From positions 70,928,001-70,992,000 of the forward strand of contig CM097885.1 of NCBI GenBank assembly GCA_044892525.1: DNA of 64,000 nucleotides. The letters run 5' to 3'. The DNA is from Schmidtea polychroa (lineage: Eukaryota). Both the position numbers and the translations under genes were made by a program. The notes beneath the pieces are model-generated. The model saw nothing but the letters and a program-made list of their open reading frames with translations. It ran no database searches and was not told where the DNA came from. Each line of letters begins with the position of its first letter. The first letter of the stretch is position 1. Positions 51,601 through 64,000 of this stretch are shown here, in pieces.

Positions 51601-54600
51601 AATTCGTGATGCAGTTGATATGGCCATTAACAATTGGGCTGACAGTGAGTTGACTAACTCACAATTGATTCTCTTCATTCGTGTTCTGTTTCCGTGTGCC
51701 GTTAAAGCCAGATATATTGTCCAAGAGATAATACTTGCATCACTTGCATCCTATGTCAGTGAGGATACCAATCCTACTATAGGAAGCTGTAATCGTGCAT
51801 TTTCTATCATGGCTTGTCTTGTACGTGCTGATTCCAGCTATTTCCATCTTTGTTTCCCTTTAATAATGATCATGAAACCAATTTTTGAATTTTATATTGA
51901 TGAACTTCGTCCGGCTTGTTTTGATCAATCCTTACTTTCCTGTGACGTAGATTACTTTTCATTGGTCAACCTGCTTGAATTTCTATCAATTGGTATTGAT
52001 TCCAACAGCATCCTGTCACAAAGTGAATGGGAATTTGTATTCTGTCTCATTGATATTCTGATCAGAAGCCGAGCTTTTTCAGACGTTGGGAATTTTCGTT
52101 CTGATCCAATCACTTCTGACAAATTTGATCACATTCTCAATGCTTATTGGCTGCTGAAATTAGTTTCATCCACAACTGTTGCGCTCGCATCGGTAAAATT
52201 CGATTCCGTTATCGATGAATGGGATAATTGCTTTAGTGAATCGATATTTACAGCTATTCTCGACCAGTTTTCCCTGTATGCAGGTGACCACACAATCGGA
52301 AAGTTGATCCATGCAGATCTGTTCGTGTTCTATCTCGAATCACTTTCAGATGCAGTTTCTCTTTGTCCGGTTAATATCCTTCTTTCTCACAATTTCAACG
52401 GCCATATCAATATCAATGATCCTGTAGATTTACCGAAAGACTTTTTAATAGTTTTCAACAGTCTCCTGGAGTCAATGTCAAATTATTCTTTATCGATACA
52501 ATTGGCGGCATATAATTGCCTACTTAATCTTACTGAGAAATTATCTGAGCTTTTATTTGAACAAGTAAATGCAGCGGAGAAAATTGAAACTCTTGAATCG
52601 TTTACTATCAATTTGCCAACTAAATTACTTGAATACATGAATGTCGACGATATTGATCAGCACAACATTGATAAAACAGAAAATCAAATTATTCTCATCC
52701 GATGTTTTCTAACCTGGAATATTGTATTACAGTTATTTTCTGGTGCTCATTCAAAACTCCGCGCGGAAATCAGTACGTTTTTAACTCAAAACGATAGATG
52801 TTTCGATAAATTTCTTAATTTCTGCTTCACTCTGATGCCTAAAAATCCGATTGTTTGTAAGAAAGCGTTCTCATTTATTGACGCTAATAATTCCTGTAAT
52901 CTAATATCGGAAGAACCAAAAATCTTCTCACAGTGCACAGAAAAGCGATCGAAATTCATAATTTATCATCTGTCGGCTTATATATTTCGACGCTGCATGC
53001 AAGTTTTACCGAATCTTTGCCGGAATTGGTGGCGGTCACTCGATGCCAATTCACAACAATTGGTTGACAGTTATGTTCGTTTGTATTTGACTCGCGAATT
53101 GTTCAAGATCGAATTCGCTCAATTGAAAGAAATTGTCGACAAAGAATTCGATGAAAAATTGGAAATTAAAGCCATTCCGTTGATTGGGGAAGTGACAGTG
53201 AAATATAATCTTTCGTATGATCAGAGCTTAGAACAGCTTATTGCATTACCGAACAACTATCCAATTGGGAACATTCGTGTCGAATTCAAGAAGGAAATGA
53301 CTGTCAAAATTCAGCATTGGAAAAATTGGGTTGGACAAATGGCAATGTCCGTTGAAAATCAAGTAACATGTTCATTATACATTAATATATTAAAATTTGA
53401 TTTTAAGCATAGTAATCAATATTATGTTATTGATTTTAATTCTAAAATTCATTATACAATGAAAAACAATGTATCTTTCAGTTTTTAATTTAAAATTCAA
53501 GATGCTTAGTGGGCGCGTACTAACTTTAAAACTATATAAATCTACTCTGAATTAACTTATGAAGTAAATGACGCTAAGGAATTCTGGTTTTTAATTAAAA
53601 TTTGTATAATATTGATCAGCATTAATTAACCGAGAGCTACAGAATATTTCGGAGGATGCCAAATAAAATCTTATTTTTTGATAAGTGGCGGAAGGGAACA
53701 GTACTGCCAAAATTAAAAAAAATATGAAAAACAATTAAAATTCTATATATAAATTATGACAAAAATATAAATTCGCAGACATATTATGTTTAAATAGCAT
53801 AAATATATTAAAAATTATATCGATATTGATATCGTATAATAAATTATGTTTGAATAATAATAATAATTCTATTTTATACAAATGAAGAAGTTAATTAAAA
53901 TAGAAAAACGTAGATTTAATTATATAAAGGAACATCTATTGAGGGCGTCCCTCTTTTCCAGTATCCCTTTATATAATTCCAGGAGCCTACATGTCTCCTT
54001 AGGTGACCTCCTTAACGGATGCTCATTAAGTACTGTATATCTGAATTCAATCACATTTTCTTAGGTATGTATTATAACTACTTAAATCAATATTGAGTAA
54101 TGTGGTACTCAGTTCTCTCCGCTGTGCATCCAGGGACACAACATGATGCAATAAAATCTAAAATGTTGATTAAAAAGTGTGGGGCATCCAGAGCCGTGGC
54201 GTCCGTGGCGAGATTGAAATTTGGCGCACCTGGTGCCAAAAGAACCCACAACTCCAATTAATTATGTACTTACAGGAATGGAATTGATCTTGAAGAGTCA
54301 AATTAAGATGCAAAGCTATACAATGCTTAACCAAACTTATATTATAACGAAAACCAATTAATTATAAATATTTATTATACATGTGCATATACATTAATAT
54401 TGAAAATTTATTTACTCCTTATTTATTAAACCTAAGTTCAGAGTTTTGATCATTAAGTTCCTATTAAGGTTACTATTATAATATATTTGAAAAGATCAAG
54501 TGATCAACTTTTACATTTAACATTGAATTCTAAATAAAAGAAATTAAAGATAAATTAAATTAAAGATTATTATCAATTGTGCTTCCTTCTTTCCAACGAT

Positions 54601-56604
54601 TTTCAAGATCTTTCCAGGCTAAGTAGCATTTTCTATGCTCAAAACTGTTTTCATGATCAGTCACCTTCGGATTTAGTCGCCCGTTTGCAAAAACCTTTAG
54701 ATCGACCAGCAAAACAGTTTTGTTTTAGTTTAACTTTTGAAAACAGTAAACATGGAAAGCAGAATATAAAAATTTAATATGAATAAAAGAAAGAAAAGCA
54801 AAAAAAATTTAAATGATCATTTCACAGTTTTGGCGCATTTCGACTCGGCGCCCGGGGTAGTCACCTCATTCGCCACCCCCTAGCTACGGCTCTGGGGCCA
54901 TCGAATGAAAAGGGTTAAGAAAAACTGATTTGGATGTTCAAAACAAATTTATCGGGTTTGATAAATGCATAGAATGCATACACTAAACAGTTATTTTACT
55001 AGATATTGATACAAATAATACGTGAGTTTTATTAATTCAATAATTAGCATCCTAACCCTTTGCCGCATTAAAAAATATCTAAATTTTTGAAAAATTTTTT
55101 TATAAGAACTATATTTTCCAATTTCACTACTGATTTTTCCCCCATTCTTTTTATTAAAGAGTTTGAAGACTATAAATCAATAAAATATCGATGTTCTTGA
55201 TATATTACTGATTTATAGTCTTCAAGCTCTTTTTAATAAATCAAAAAAAGATTTTGCAATTATTATTTTAATTGACCATAATATTGCTGTTTAATGTAAT
55301 AATCAATCCAATAATTTATTAATTTCTCTGCAAAAATATTTTATAATCTGATGCAATGTTATAATAAAAAATTAGTTAAATTATAATTTTTTAATAAAAT
55401 TTTGGGAAAAAGTAAAAAATCATTAAAGGAAATGGAACTACATTTTGAAAATAATCCAAATATTCAGTTATTACGAAGATAATTAATATTTTTTCCGAAT
55501 AATTCTATTATTATTTTAATTGACCATAATATTGCTATTTAATTTAATAATCAATCCAATAATTTATTAATTTCTCGGCAAAAATATTTAAAAATTTTTA
55601 TAGCTATTTATATTTCTTAAATAAATGTAATAAGACTAAAATAATGACTGAGAAAAATAAATAAATATTTACAAACACTGTTCATAAAATATATATAATA
55701 AAACATACACAATCGGACGTTAAATAAGAGTTTTGACGTCTAACCTGATGCAAATTTTATAATAAAATTTTGGGGGAAAAATCACTGGGCAGGATTAAAG
55801 GAAATGGAACTACATTTTTGAAAATAATCCAAATATTCAGTTATTACGAAGATATTACATATTTTTTGCGAATAATTCTATTATTATTTTAATTGACCAT
55901 AATATTGCTATTTAATTTATTAATTTCTCGGCCAAAATATTAAAAATTTTTATAGCTATTTATATTTCTTAAATAAATGTAATAAGACTGAAAAAATTAC
56001 TGAGGAAAATAAATAAATATTTACAAACACTGTTCATAAAATGTATACAATAAAACACACACAATCGGACGTTAAATAAGAGTTTTGACGTCTAACCTGA
56101 TGCAAATTTTATAATAAAATTTTGGGAAAAATAAAAAAATCACTGGGCAGGATTAAAGGAAATGGAGCTACATTTTGAAAATATTTCAAATATTCAGTTT
56201 TTAATTCCATTATAAATTCTAAAAAATATTTTTAAAAATTCTTAATAAATTATAAACAGGAAAATTAATTACGAAATTGGTTAAAAAGTACTATTATCCT
56301 GCGACTTCGATATTTCTTTGAAATTTGCATTAATAACAATAAATTTCAGAATGGATCGATATTTGATGGGGTCAAATTGTGGAAGAAAAACCTTGACAAC
56401 TATTTCAATGGAATAGAAGAATGTATGATTTGTTATTCAATAATCCACGCCACAAAATATACTGTGCCATCACAGTCGTGTTACCAGTGCAGGAAGAAAT
56501 TCCACAAAGATTGTCTACAGAAATGGTTTCATTCCAGCACGAATCCGACTTGTCCCAATTGCAGAAATATGTTTTATGATGGAAGCCAAAAATCGATTAA
56601 ATAA
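48686..56604 (+). CDS. LTN1: E3 ubiquitin ligase Listerin, about 1643 aa; exons 48686-53362 and 56350-56604
   Basis: N-terminal LRKLEKKDALTKLKSL and FWPKLYNKLSLDEDKKVRE; RWD-like LPNNYPIG; RING ECMICYSIIH..CYQCRKKFHKDCLQKWFHSSTNPTCPNCR. Phase-0 intron caa|gtaaca..tttcag|aat gives ENQ|NGS. Confidence 0.95.
54189..54894. mobile_element. Non-autonomous hAT MITE in the LTN1 intron, apparently nested in a piggyBac-type end (aagggTTAA near 54910-54918)
   Basis: TIR cagagccgtggc / gctacggctctg; flanks ggggcatc / gggccatc (7/8). Confidence 0.8.
55250..56200. repeat. Intronic tandem triplication of a 250-370 bp AT-rich unit
   Basis: aattgaccataatattgct near 55270, 55519 and 55891; ggaaatggaactacatttt near 55428, 55801 and 56158. 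Confidence 0.85.
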
Positions 56605-57454
56605 AAAAATATTACTTATTTCTTATATTTATTGGTGAATAATTGATTTTTGTTTACTTTTATTTTTTCATTCATTTTTTTAATAATTTTTTTTGTTATT
56701 TTGCTGCTGGCCAATGAAAACACTGTTGCTGCATAATCGGCTTTTCATGGAATATTATATAAATTTTGCTTTTTATGAATCGCGTTATATATCTATAAGT
56801 TGGGGTAAGATTAAGGTTGAATTTTGATCAAAGCAATTATAATGTAAAAGAAAAAGCAAATAATTAATGAGAAAATTTTTGAGCTGAATCGTGCGATTAT
56901 TAATTAACTTTAACGAATGTAAGTAATCTGCTCAGACCAAACTAAATAACAAGGAAAAAAATTAATAAAACAAGTTATACAAATATAAACAACACAAAAA
57001 ATAAAACAATATAACATAAGAAAATCCAAGCAGTTGGACACGTTAAAAACATTAAATCACGGGTAAAGGACACGAAACAGCAGGAAAATATTATCTTATC
57101 CAAGGGGGTATAAAAGATAGTTCAATCAATCAGAGAAATAGGAAAAATAGAATAAAATAAAATAATTAAAAACAAAATTAAACTAGCCAAATGATTGGAA
57201 TTTAAATCGAAAATTGATCAAAAGTGATCAAACCTGATTGGTTGAGCCAACATACAAAATAATATATAAGCCGACGTTTTGACAGATCAATACCACTTTT
57301 CAAATCTTAAAAATACCTTTTGTCGGCGTTTAGGTCGATGTGAAATAGAAATGGCAGTTGTTGCCTAAGTATTTGAATACGCATGATTTTAAAACTCCGA
57401 TCAGCTGCCCATGACGATTATTATGTTGATCCTGCATACTGTCGGTGAAAAATA

Positions 57455-57880
57455 AAGAGCAGGTGAGCCACTGCCTTATTACTATTCCCTTTTTGTTTCG
57501 TGGGAGTTCTGGACTAACGTTAGAAGGTCTTATGTCCCCAGATCACTATCGCTTATTCAATATAACGACAGTGTCTCCATTCATGGTCTTATGCCGTGAG
57601 ACTCGAGTAGCCAGCTCTTTTGCCATGTAGACTTGGTACAGTGCTCCTGTACCTGAGCTCATTGCGCCCGATTTTCGGTTATGAGACTGTCTCGATAGTG
57701 CTCAAAGCGGAATAACTGCTTGTTCTTCTTTTTCATCTAGAGGGGATAAACCACCTCCCCTCAAGATGGTCTACTCTCGGAGAAGCCGATTCTCCTCTTT
57801 CAATTGGTGTTGGCAGCATTTTTATCTGCGCACGAATAACACAGCTTAAGCATGTTGGATTTTGATGCCATACTGTCTGT
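57455..57880 (-). pseudogene. Accessory-ORF family copy C with upstream splice acceptor
   Basis: tttcacag at 57877; gcgcagataaaaATG at 57819, matching gcgcggataaaaATG at 1204; HYRDSLITE and GALYQVYMAKEL motifs; stops and a frameshift. Confidence 0.6.
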
Positions 57881-59109
57881 GAAATAAATTAAAAATAAGA
57901 AAATATTTATTCGATGCGATTTTAGCGCCTGGGTGATTTTCTACCGAAGTCTATGATGGTGTTGGACACGCGAAAAAGGGTCTCCCTTTACGGTGACTTT
58001 AAGCGCCTACCCTGGCACACTGAAGATGTCAAAAATAACTCATAATATCACTATTCCCAATCTGAATACCGCGGTAATGATATTACCCATAAAAGTGGGA
58101 CGGTTTGCCTAACGATACATATAATCCTAATGGTACCCATACGAATGAAAAGGTTCTAATGACCGATAAAACTGTTACCCACGAGGGTGATCATGATTAT
58201 ATTGTGATGAATAATGATGGAGACTGCCAGGGTATCGATACTAGTGTTGGGCTAAAACTGATTTTTAGACTCAATGTTAGGATTGTGACGGAGTGTGTCG
58301 GTACATACACGCATACCCAGTATCAAGTAGAGCAAAAAAAAGTAACATAATAAACACCAAATACACAAATATAATTGAAAAGTATAATACACAAAATAAA
58401 ACAACCAAATAAAAAATCAATTAAAACACGAACAAGAAGATACAACCAAAAACACATGACAAAAATAAATAAATTTGAATTAAGGCGTTATGTAGAGATG
58501 AAGAAATTTCCCTAAAATTGCAATGAAAAGTAATTTAAAAACAGAATTGTGTAAAAATTTGAACAAAACCCTAGAAAAACCCATCAAAATCGCGAAATCC
58601 ACCATGGCCGCCAAACGACCTAATAAAATTTATAAAAATAAAATATATAAATTTCAAAATAAAAATATTCATAAAATGAATAAATAAAAGAGCAGTTAAA
58701 ATAAGAATTAGGGTAAAATAGCATGGAATGTTCTGGAATAGCCCATATCCATCATGGAGGCAAATTTAATAAAAAATAATTCGAAAATAAAATATAAAAA
58801 ATAAAAACAAAAACCATTGCATAAAAATCTCCATCACAATTGATAAAAATTAAGAATCGAATTGATTAGAATTAAAATAATTCGAATTTGTTTTACTGCA
58901 TCAGTGCACACATTCTAGCACAACGAAAATAGGGTATATATACAGACGAATTTTAGTCACAATTTACTCTTTATGCCAAATGGTTTTTGTCAAAAAATTA
59001 CGAGTAAAGATGTTCTATTGCTATTTTATTTCATGATATAATATATTAATGTTATATTTTATAATGCATTTGATGGGTTACATGTAATCAAACATTTTAC
59101 CCTTTCGTG

Positions 59110-60176
59110 CTGTTTCCAGCGTAACCCATATTACAATTGTTGGGGTTCAATAGGAGAGGCACAAAAATGAAGTGAAAAATCAATAAAAACACTAAATTCG
59201 CAATAAAAACTTAAAGTATAAAATATTAATTAAAAATCAATAAAAATTTTTTAAATGAATACTTTCCGGGGGAAACTGGTATGGGCGAATGCTAAATAAT
59301 GAGACGAGTTCAACTATAATAAAATAAAATCAATTACAAAAACAAAAATTAATTAATTATTAATTAACTAATGGAGAAACCGAGCTAATGGGAAACCGAG
59401 CTAATGGAGAACCCAAGCTAATGGGAAACCCAAGACAGTGGAAACCACGAGCGATTGGGGAGAACTTGAATTATCAAATTAGGAAAGGCAATCAAATTAG
59501 CCGACTAAAATTACATTGGAGCGAGCCGTCAAAGGAGACGAGCAATTTCCTTAAAGTGAATTAGAACTACAAGAGGAAGCCCGGGGAACGTTAGATCCAA
59601 ACTAATTTGTCAAAGTAAAATCAATTACAAAATGGGTATAAACGCGACTGACAAAAAAACAAAATTGTCAGTTGGTCGAAGAAAACGAAAACAAGAAGTT
59701 TAACGAGAGCGACAAAGGAAACGTTAAAGTTAGTAGCAATTAAACAATTTAAATCAAACGTACCTAAAAGGGACATCTCCCGTTGGAAGATTTGTTAGGT
59801 TCGATGGATATGTATTCGAACTAACATAAAACTTTTATCTGACTCCAAAAAATTATAACGCGTGTACGTAAATAAATAACAAATATGATTTAAAGATTTA
59901 TTAAAACTAAATACATTTGTACACAATTGTTGATATTATAAAAACAACCTAGCTGCTTCTTAGAGTACAGAAAACGGTTATACAAACCGCCCTAAAGAGT
60001 ATTACCAAGAATCAAGGCTGGCCCTAAATGCGCCAACAGCCCGATATAGGTGAACGGAAAAGAGATAGGGGAGTTTACCTAATTTTAACGCTATAGAGTC
60101 AACCCAGAAATCGGTTAACCCTTTAAATTATATCTGAAACGAGACAGCAACAGAAAAGATATGTGCTGACGTTACA
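59110..60176 (-). repeat. LTR-like segment (tgtaacg at 60176 to cgttata near 59856) plus leader-like sequence related to 14.0-14.56 kb
   Basis: Inverted termini TGTAACG/CGTTATA, followed by ttttggagtcaga (PBS-like); shared blocks with 14.0-14.56 kb. Confidence 0.4.
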
Positions 60177-60179
60177 GTT

Positions 60180-63100
60180 CCCTTCAATATAATATTTTTA
60201 GGTGATTGAATATATTTAATTGTTAATTCTCTTTCCGATCGATAAACTGAATGTCAAATTAATAAGAAATGTCGAAATCATTTGAAAGACCAATGAGATG
60301 GATGCTGGAATTTTTCTAAATCTAATTTTAACTGTTTCTTTCTACTATTCTTGATCGAGCCTGTCGTGTACGATTTTTCTCTTTGTCCCGGAACTCAACT
60401 TTTCGACTGGTATTTATACAGTTAAATCCATCATTAGATCCATCTTTAAATTTGCAGCAAAAATCTTGAAACTAACAATATATATTTAATCAAAGAATTT
60501 ATAAATAACAAGTTTTAATTAATTCACAAAAACCGCAAATTCCTAATTATTAAAACAACAAGATATCTAACTCTTCCCTTCTTAAGACTTTTTCCACTTC
60601 TTCAGCCACTCGATTCTTCTTTCTTTCGTTCCTTCTTGTGAATGTAGTTCGACTCGATGAGGTGATAGAAATCTGGCGATTTTATATGGGCCATCGTATT
60701 GCATACCATCTTTGTGCCTGTTCTGCGGCTCTTTACGAAAGAGTACCTCCTCCCCCACCTCGAAAACTCGAGTGCCCCTCTTTGTCTTATCCATGGCTCT
60801 CATAGTGTCTGCGGCTTTACTCGAGTTAAATCTCGCGTCTTTGATTCTTTCGCTTCTTGATATCTCGGCTTGTTTCAGGTTAGAGTGTAGGTTAACACTC
60901 CGTCCATAAATTATCTCAAATGGTGATAAACCTGTAGCACTTTGTCGACTGCTATTTATAGTGAACTCTATTCTGGGTAGAAGTTCGTGCCAGTTTCTCT
61001 TTTCACATCCGCCTGCTAATGTTGCTGTAATAAGTTCTCTTATCGTTCGTATTACTTTCGGCTAAACCATTTGATTGGTGCTGATAAGGTGAGCTGAATT
61101 CCTGTTTGATTCCAAGTTTCTGTAGCTTCTGTCTTAGGAAATTCCCTTCGAAATTTCGGCCTCTATCTGTTAAAATACTCTTCGGTTTTCCAAATCGATA
61201 GATCCAACTATTAAGTATTGTTTTGAAAATGGTCCCTTCGTCTTGCTTTGTGATTGCAGTTAAAGAAATCAGTTTGCTAAAACGGTCCACCATTACTACC
61301 ATATATTTTTTTTGGCGTTTATTTCCATGTAAGCCACATCTATAACACTCTGTTCTAGGAATTCAGAGCTATATCTAGGAATAAATGTTTCCTTGGTTCT
61401 TGTCTGATCGATCTTTCTCTTAGCGCAGATCTCGCAACATTGTAAACAGAGTTGAATTGTTTCTTGTATTTTCGGCCAATAAAATATCTTTTCCATATAA
61501 TGAAATAATTTCTTAACTCCAATGTGACATAGTTCTTCATGTAGCGTTGTTGTTAACAGGCCTGCAAATGTTTCTGGGACTAACATTAAGATATTTTTGT
61601 TCTTTTCTACTGTTATTAATCCTCCATCAATTTGTGTATTTTTTACGTTAAAAGGAAAACAATTCTTTTTCTCCCGTGTACATCCATTTTCCAATATCTC
61701 TCGCAGCTCTCGAAACCGAATGTCCTTTTGTTGTTGTTCCCATACTTTTTCCATAGCTTCTGTTCTTTGGATAGTATATATATCTAATCTTTGATTTTCC
61801 TTCCTTAGCTTCTTCATGTCTTGTTTGACACTGGGTGCAAACCATACTTTTTAATCTTGATAATCCATCTGCATTTGAGTGTTCTTCGCCTTTCCGATAT
61901 TTTAGTTCAAAATCATATTCCGACAGGTTAGCTAACCATGTTTGGAATTGCGGACTGATTGGCGTTTTTGTAGTGTTCATGAAAACCAATGCCTTGTGGT
62001 CGGTGCGAATTATGAATTTTTTTCCGTACAGATATTCTCTAAAATGCATGACGTATTCATGTACGGCGAGCAGTTCTTTCCTGGTTACACAGTATCCCTT
62101 TTCATGTGATGACATATGTCTCGAGCCATAAGCTATGACAGATTCTTCTCCATCTTCTGTAATTTGACTCAAAACTGCACCAATGGCTCCGAAACTAGCG
62201 TCTGTGTCTAAGATAAAAGTCCTATCTTCTCTTGGAAAATCAAGGATAGGTGCTTCGCACAACCGTCTCTTCAGAGTTTGGAAGCTCTCATTGCATTCTT
62301 TAGTCCAATTTATATCTTTATCGCATCCAGATGTTGCAGCGTATAATGGTTCGGCGATTTTGGCATAGTCTTTGATGAATCTTCTATAGTAGTTCGTTAA
62401 CCCGAGAAACGATCTCAATTGTTTTGAACATTTTGGTACTTCTGCTTTCTCGATCTCTTCCACTTTCTTCCTGTTTGTCTGGATACCCTTCTCATTAATT
62501 GTGTGACCAAGGAAACACAATTCTGTTTTATTGAATTTGCATTTTTCTGGATTTATCTTCAGTCCTGCCAATTTAATTCTTCTGAATATTTCCCTTAATA
62601 GCTCATCGTGGTCTTTTTGACTTTTACCATATACCAAGATATCATCTAGATAAACTACTACTCCCTTGAATAGCATTCCTTCTAGCACTGTGTGCATCAG
62701 TCTCTGGAATGTCGCAGGAGCTGTTGCTAAGCCAAACGGTAGTCTATTGAAGCAAAATTGTCCTTCTCTTGTACTGAATGCAGTCATTTCTTGAATTTCT
62801 GGAGCCAATTCCACTTGATAATACGCCTGACCTAAATCTATTGACGAAAATACTTTTGCATTCGCGAGACAGTCTAGTAAGAATTTGGTGTTAGGCATAG
62901 GAAATGACTCTTTTTCTGTTATGGAATTTAATCCACGATAATCTACACACATCCTGATAGATCCATCTTTCTTCCCTACTATCACTAACGGGGCATTCCA
63001 AGGACTCTTGCAACATCGAATAACATTTGCTTTCATTAACTCTTATCAGTTCTTCAATCCTTTTCTCCATGTGCATTGGTTGACGTCGAGGATGTTGCAT

Positions 63101-64000
63101 TATTGGGCCTCCTGTTATCCGCATCTCATGTCGAACTAAGTTTGTAAATCCCAGATCGAATTTCGATGCCATAAAAATTCCGCCGTATTCCCTGATCATT
63201 CCTTCAATATCTTTATTATTGTCACCTGCCATCGCCACTAGTGCTTTATTTATTCTTTCTTCATCAGTGTAAATTTTGTTTATCAATGACGTTTCTATAT
63301 TATTGATTTTCACTAACTTTACTCCAAACTCTTTCATTGTATCAATGCCCCCTATGAATTCGGGTTTGATCTCTTTTACCACTACTACTGTGATTATTTT
63401 GGTCTTCTGATTCCATGTGGCCGGTATAGTCATGTATCCCATTGCTTCTTCACCTCCAGTTGAAAAAACTCCGCACAATAATATCATACAACGTTTAAGT
63501 TCTGGTTTACCTATTTTCTCCCACAAACTCTTGCTCATGACTGTTACTGATGCTCCAGAATCCCATAACATCTCTGTTTCGGCATTATTCAACATTATTT
63601 TACTCCAATTTCTTCCATCTTTCGTCTGGTACATCTCTTCTTCTGCCTCGCCTCTTCGTCTTTCATTTCTTATTTCACAATTTATTGTCTTGACTCCACC
63701 GACGAAATGAAACCCATGGAGTCGCTGTTGTTTTTTCCGTCTTCTCTCAATATAGTATATTTTTCAGGGACATTGTATCTATCTTCCATGTCGCTGTGAG
63801 CAGTTCTGAAATCCTGGCTGTTCTCGGTGTAATCTCTTCTTTCAGATTTTATATCGTCTTCTTCTATGCACGCTATCCTTTGATATCGGTGTGGAACCTC
63901 TTTCCGTAATGAAAAACAATCTCGGAAACCGTGACCTTCCTTGCCACATATCAGGCATTTATTGCCCAGTGGACACTCATACCTTCTGTGTCCCTTTTCG
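60180..64000 (-). mobile_element. Ty3/Gypsy LTR retrotransposon: gag end, PR-RT-RH-INT pol with several frameshifts, PPT and start of 3' LTR; runs off the window
   Basis: CLICGKEGHGFRDC; LWDSGASVT; YLDDILV; DTDAS..ELLAV..RTDHKAL; HEELCH..CEIC; TDRGRNF..SNGLAE; YDGPY; PPT aagaagggaagag at 60583-60571; TATA-like tataaata near 60410. Confidence 0.95.
63692..63736 (-). promoter_or_regulatory. Programmed -1 ribosomal frameshift signal at the gag-pol overlap
   Basis: A_AAA_AAC in the gag frame (63736-63730), a 6-nt spacer, then a 7-bp stem gactcca/tggagtc; the -1 frame is open into the protease. Confidence 0.75.

Noticed and set aside
53363-53488. C-terminal 41 aa of the 1600-aa ORF
   Set aside because: Read-through into the intron; the RING exon at 56350 splices in frame at caa|gt.

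Overview
This is AT-rich eukaryotic (metazoan) genomic DNA with very short spliceosomal introns (mostly 40-66 nt), (AAT)n tracts and two N gaps. The overall style suggests a freshwater planarian or similar flatworm, but that is inference only. Host genes reconstructed by hand: a TRAF-type RING/zinc-finger/MATH gene (+), MRPL47 (-), PDS5 (-, about 15.6 kb), a compact CtIP/RBBP8 (-) and Listerin/LTN1 (+). There is also an SNF8/EAP30 gene fragment and one unidentified ORF. The rest is dense transposon sequence: one apparently intact Buster-type hAT with perfect TIRs and TSD, several non-autonomous or decayed hATs, piggyBac and Mutator-like remnants, and a frameshifted Ty3/Gypsy element with a canonical -1 frameshift signal. 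The main unexplained signal is a family of at least six decayed, same-strand fragments of an unrecognised ORF; in two copies it lies downstream of a Gypsy-like integrase remnant, and in two it is preceded by a splice acceptor. No rRNA, tRNA or CRISPR array was found.
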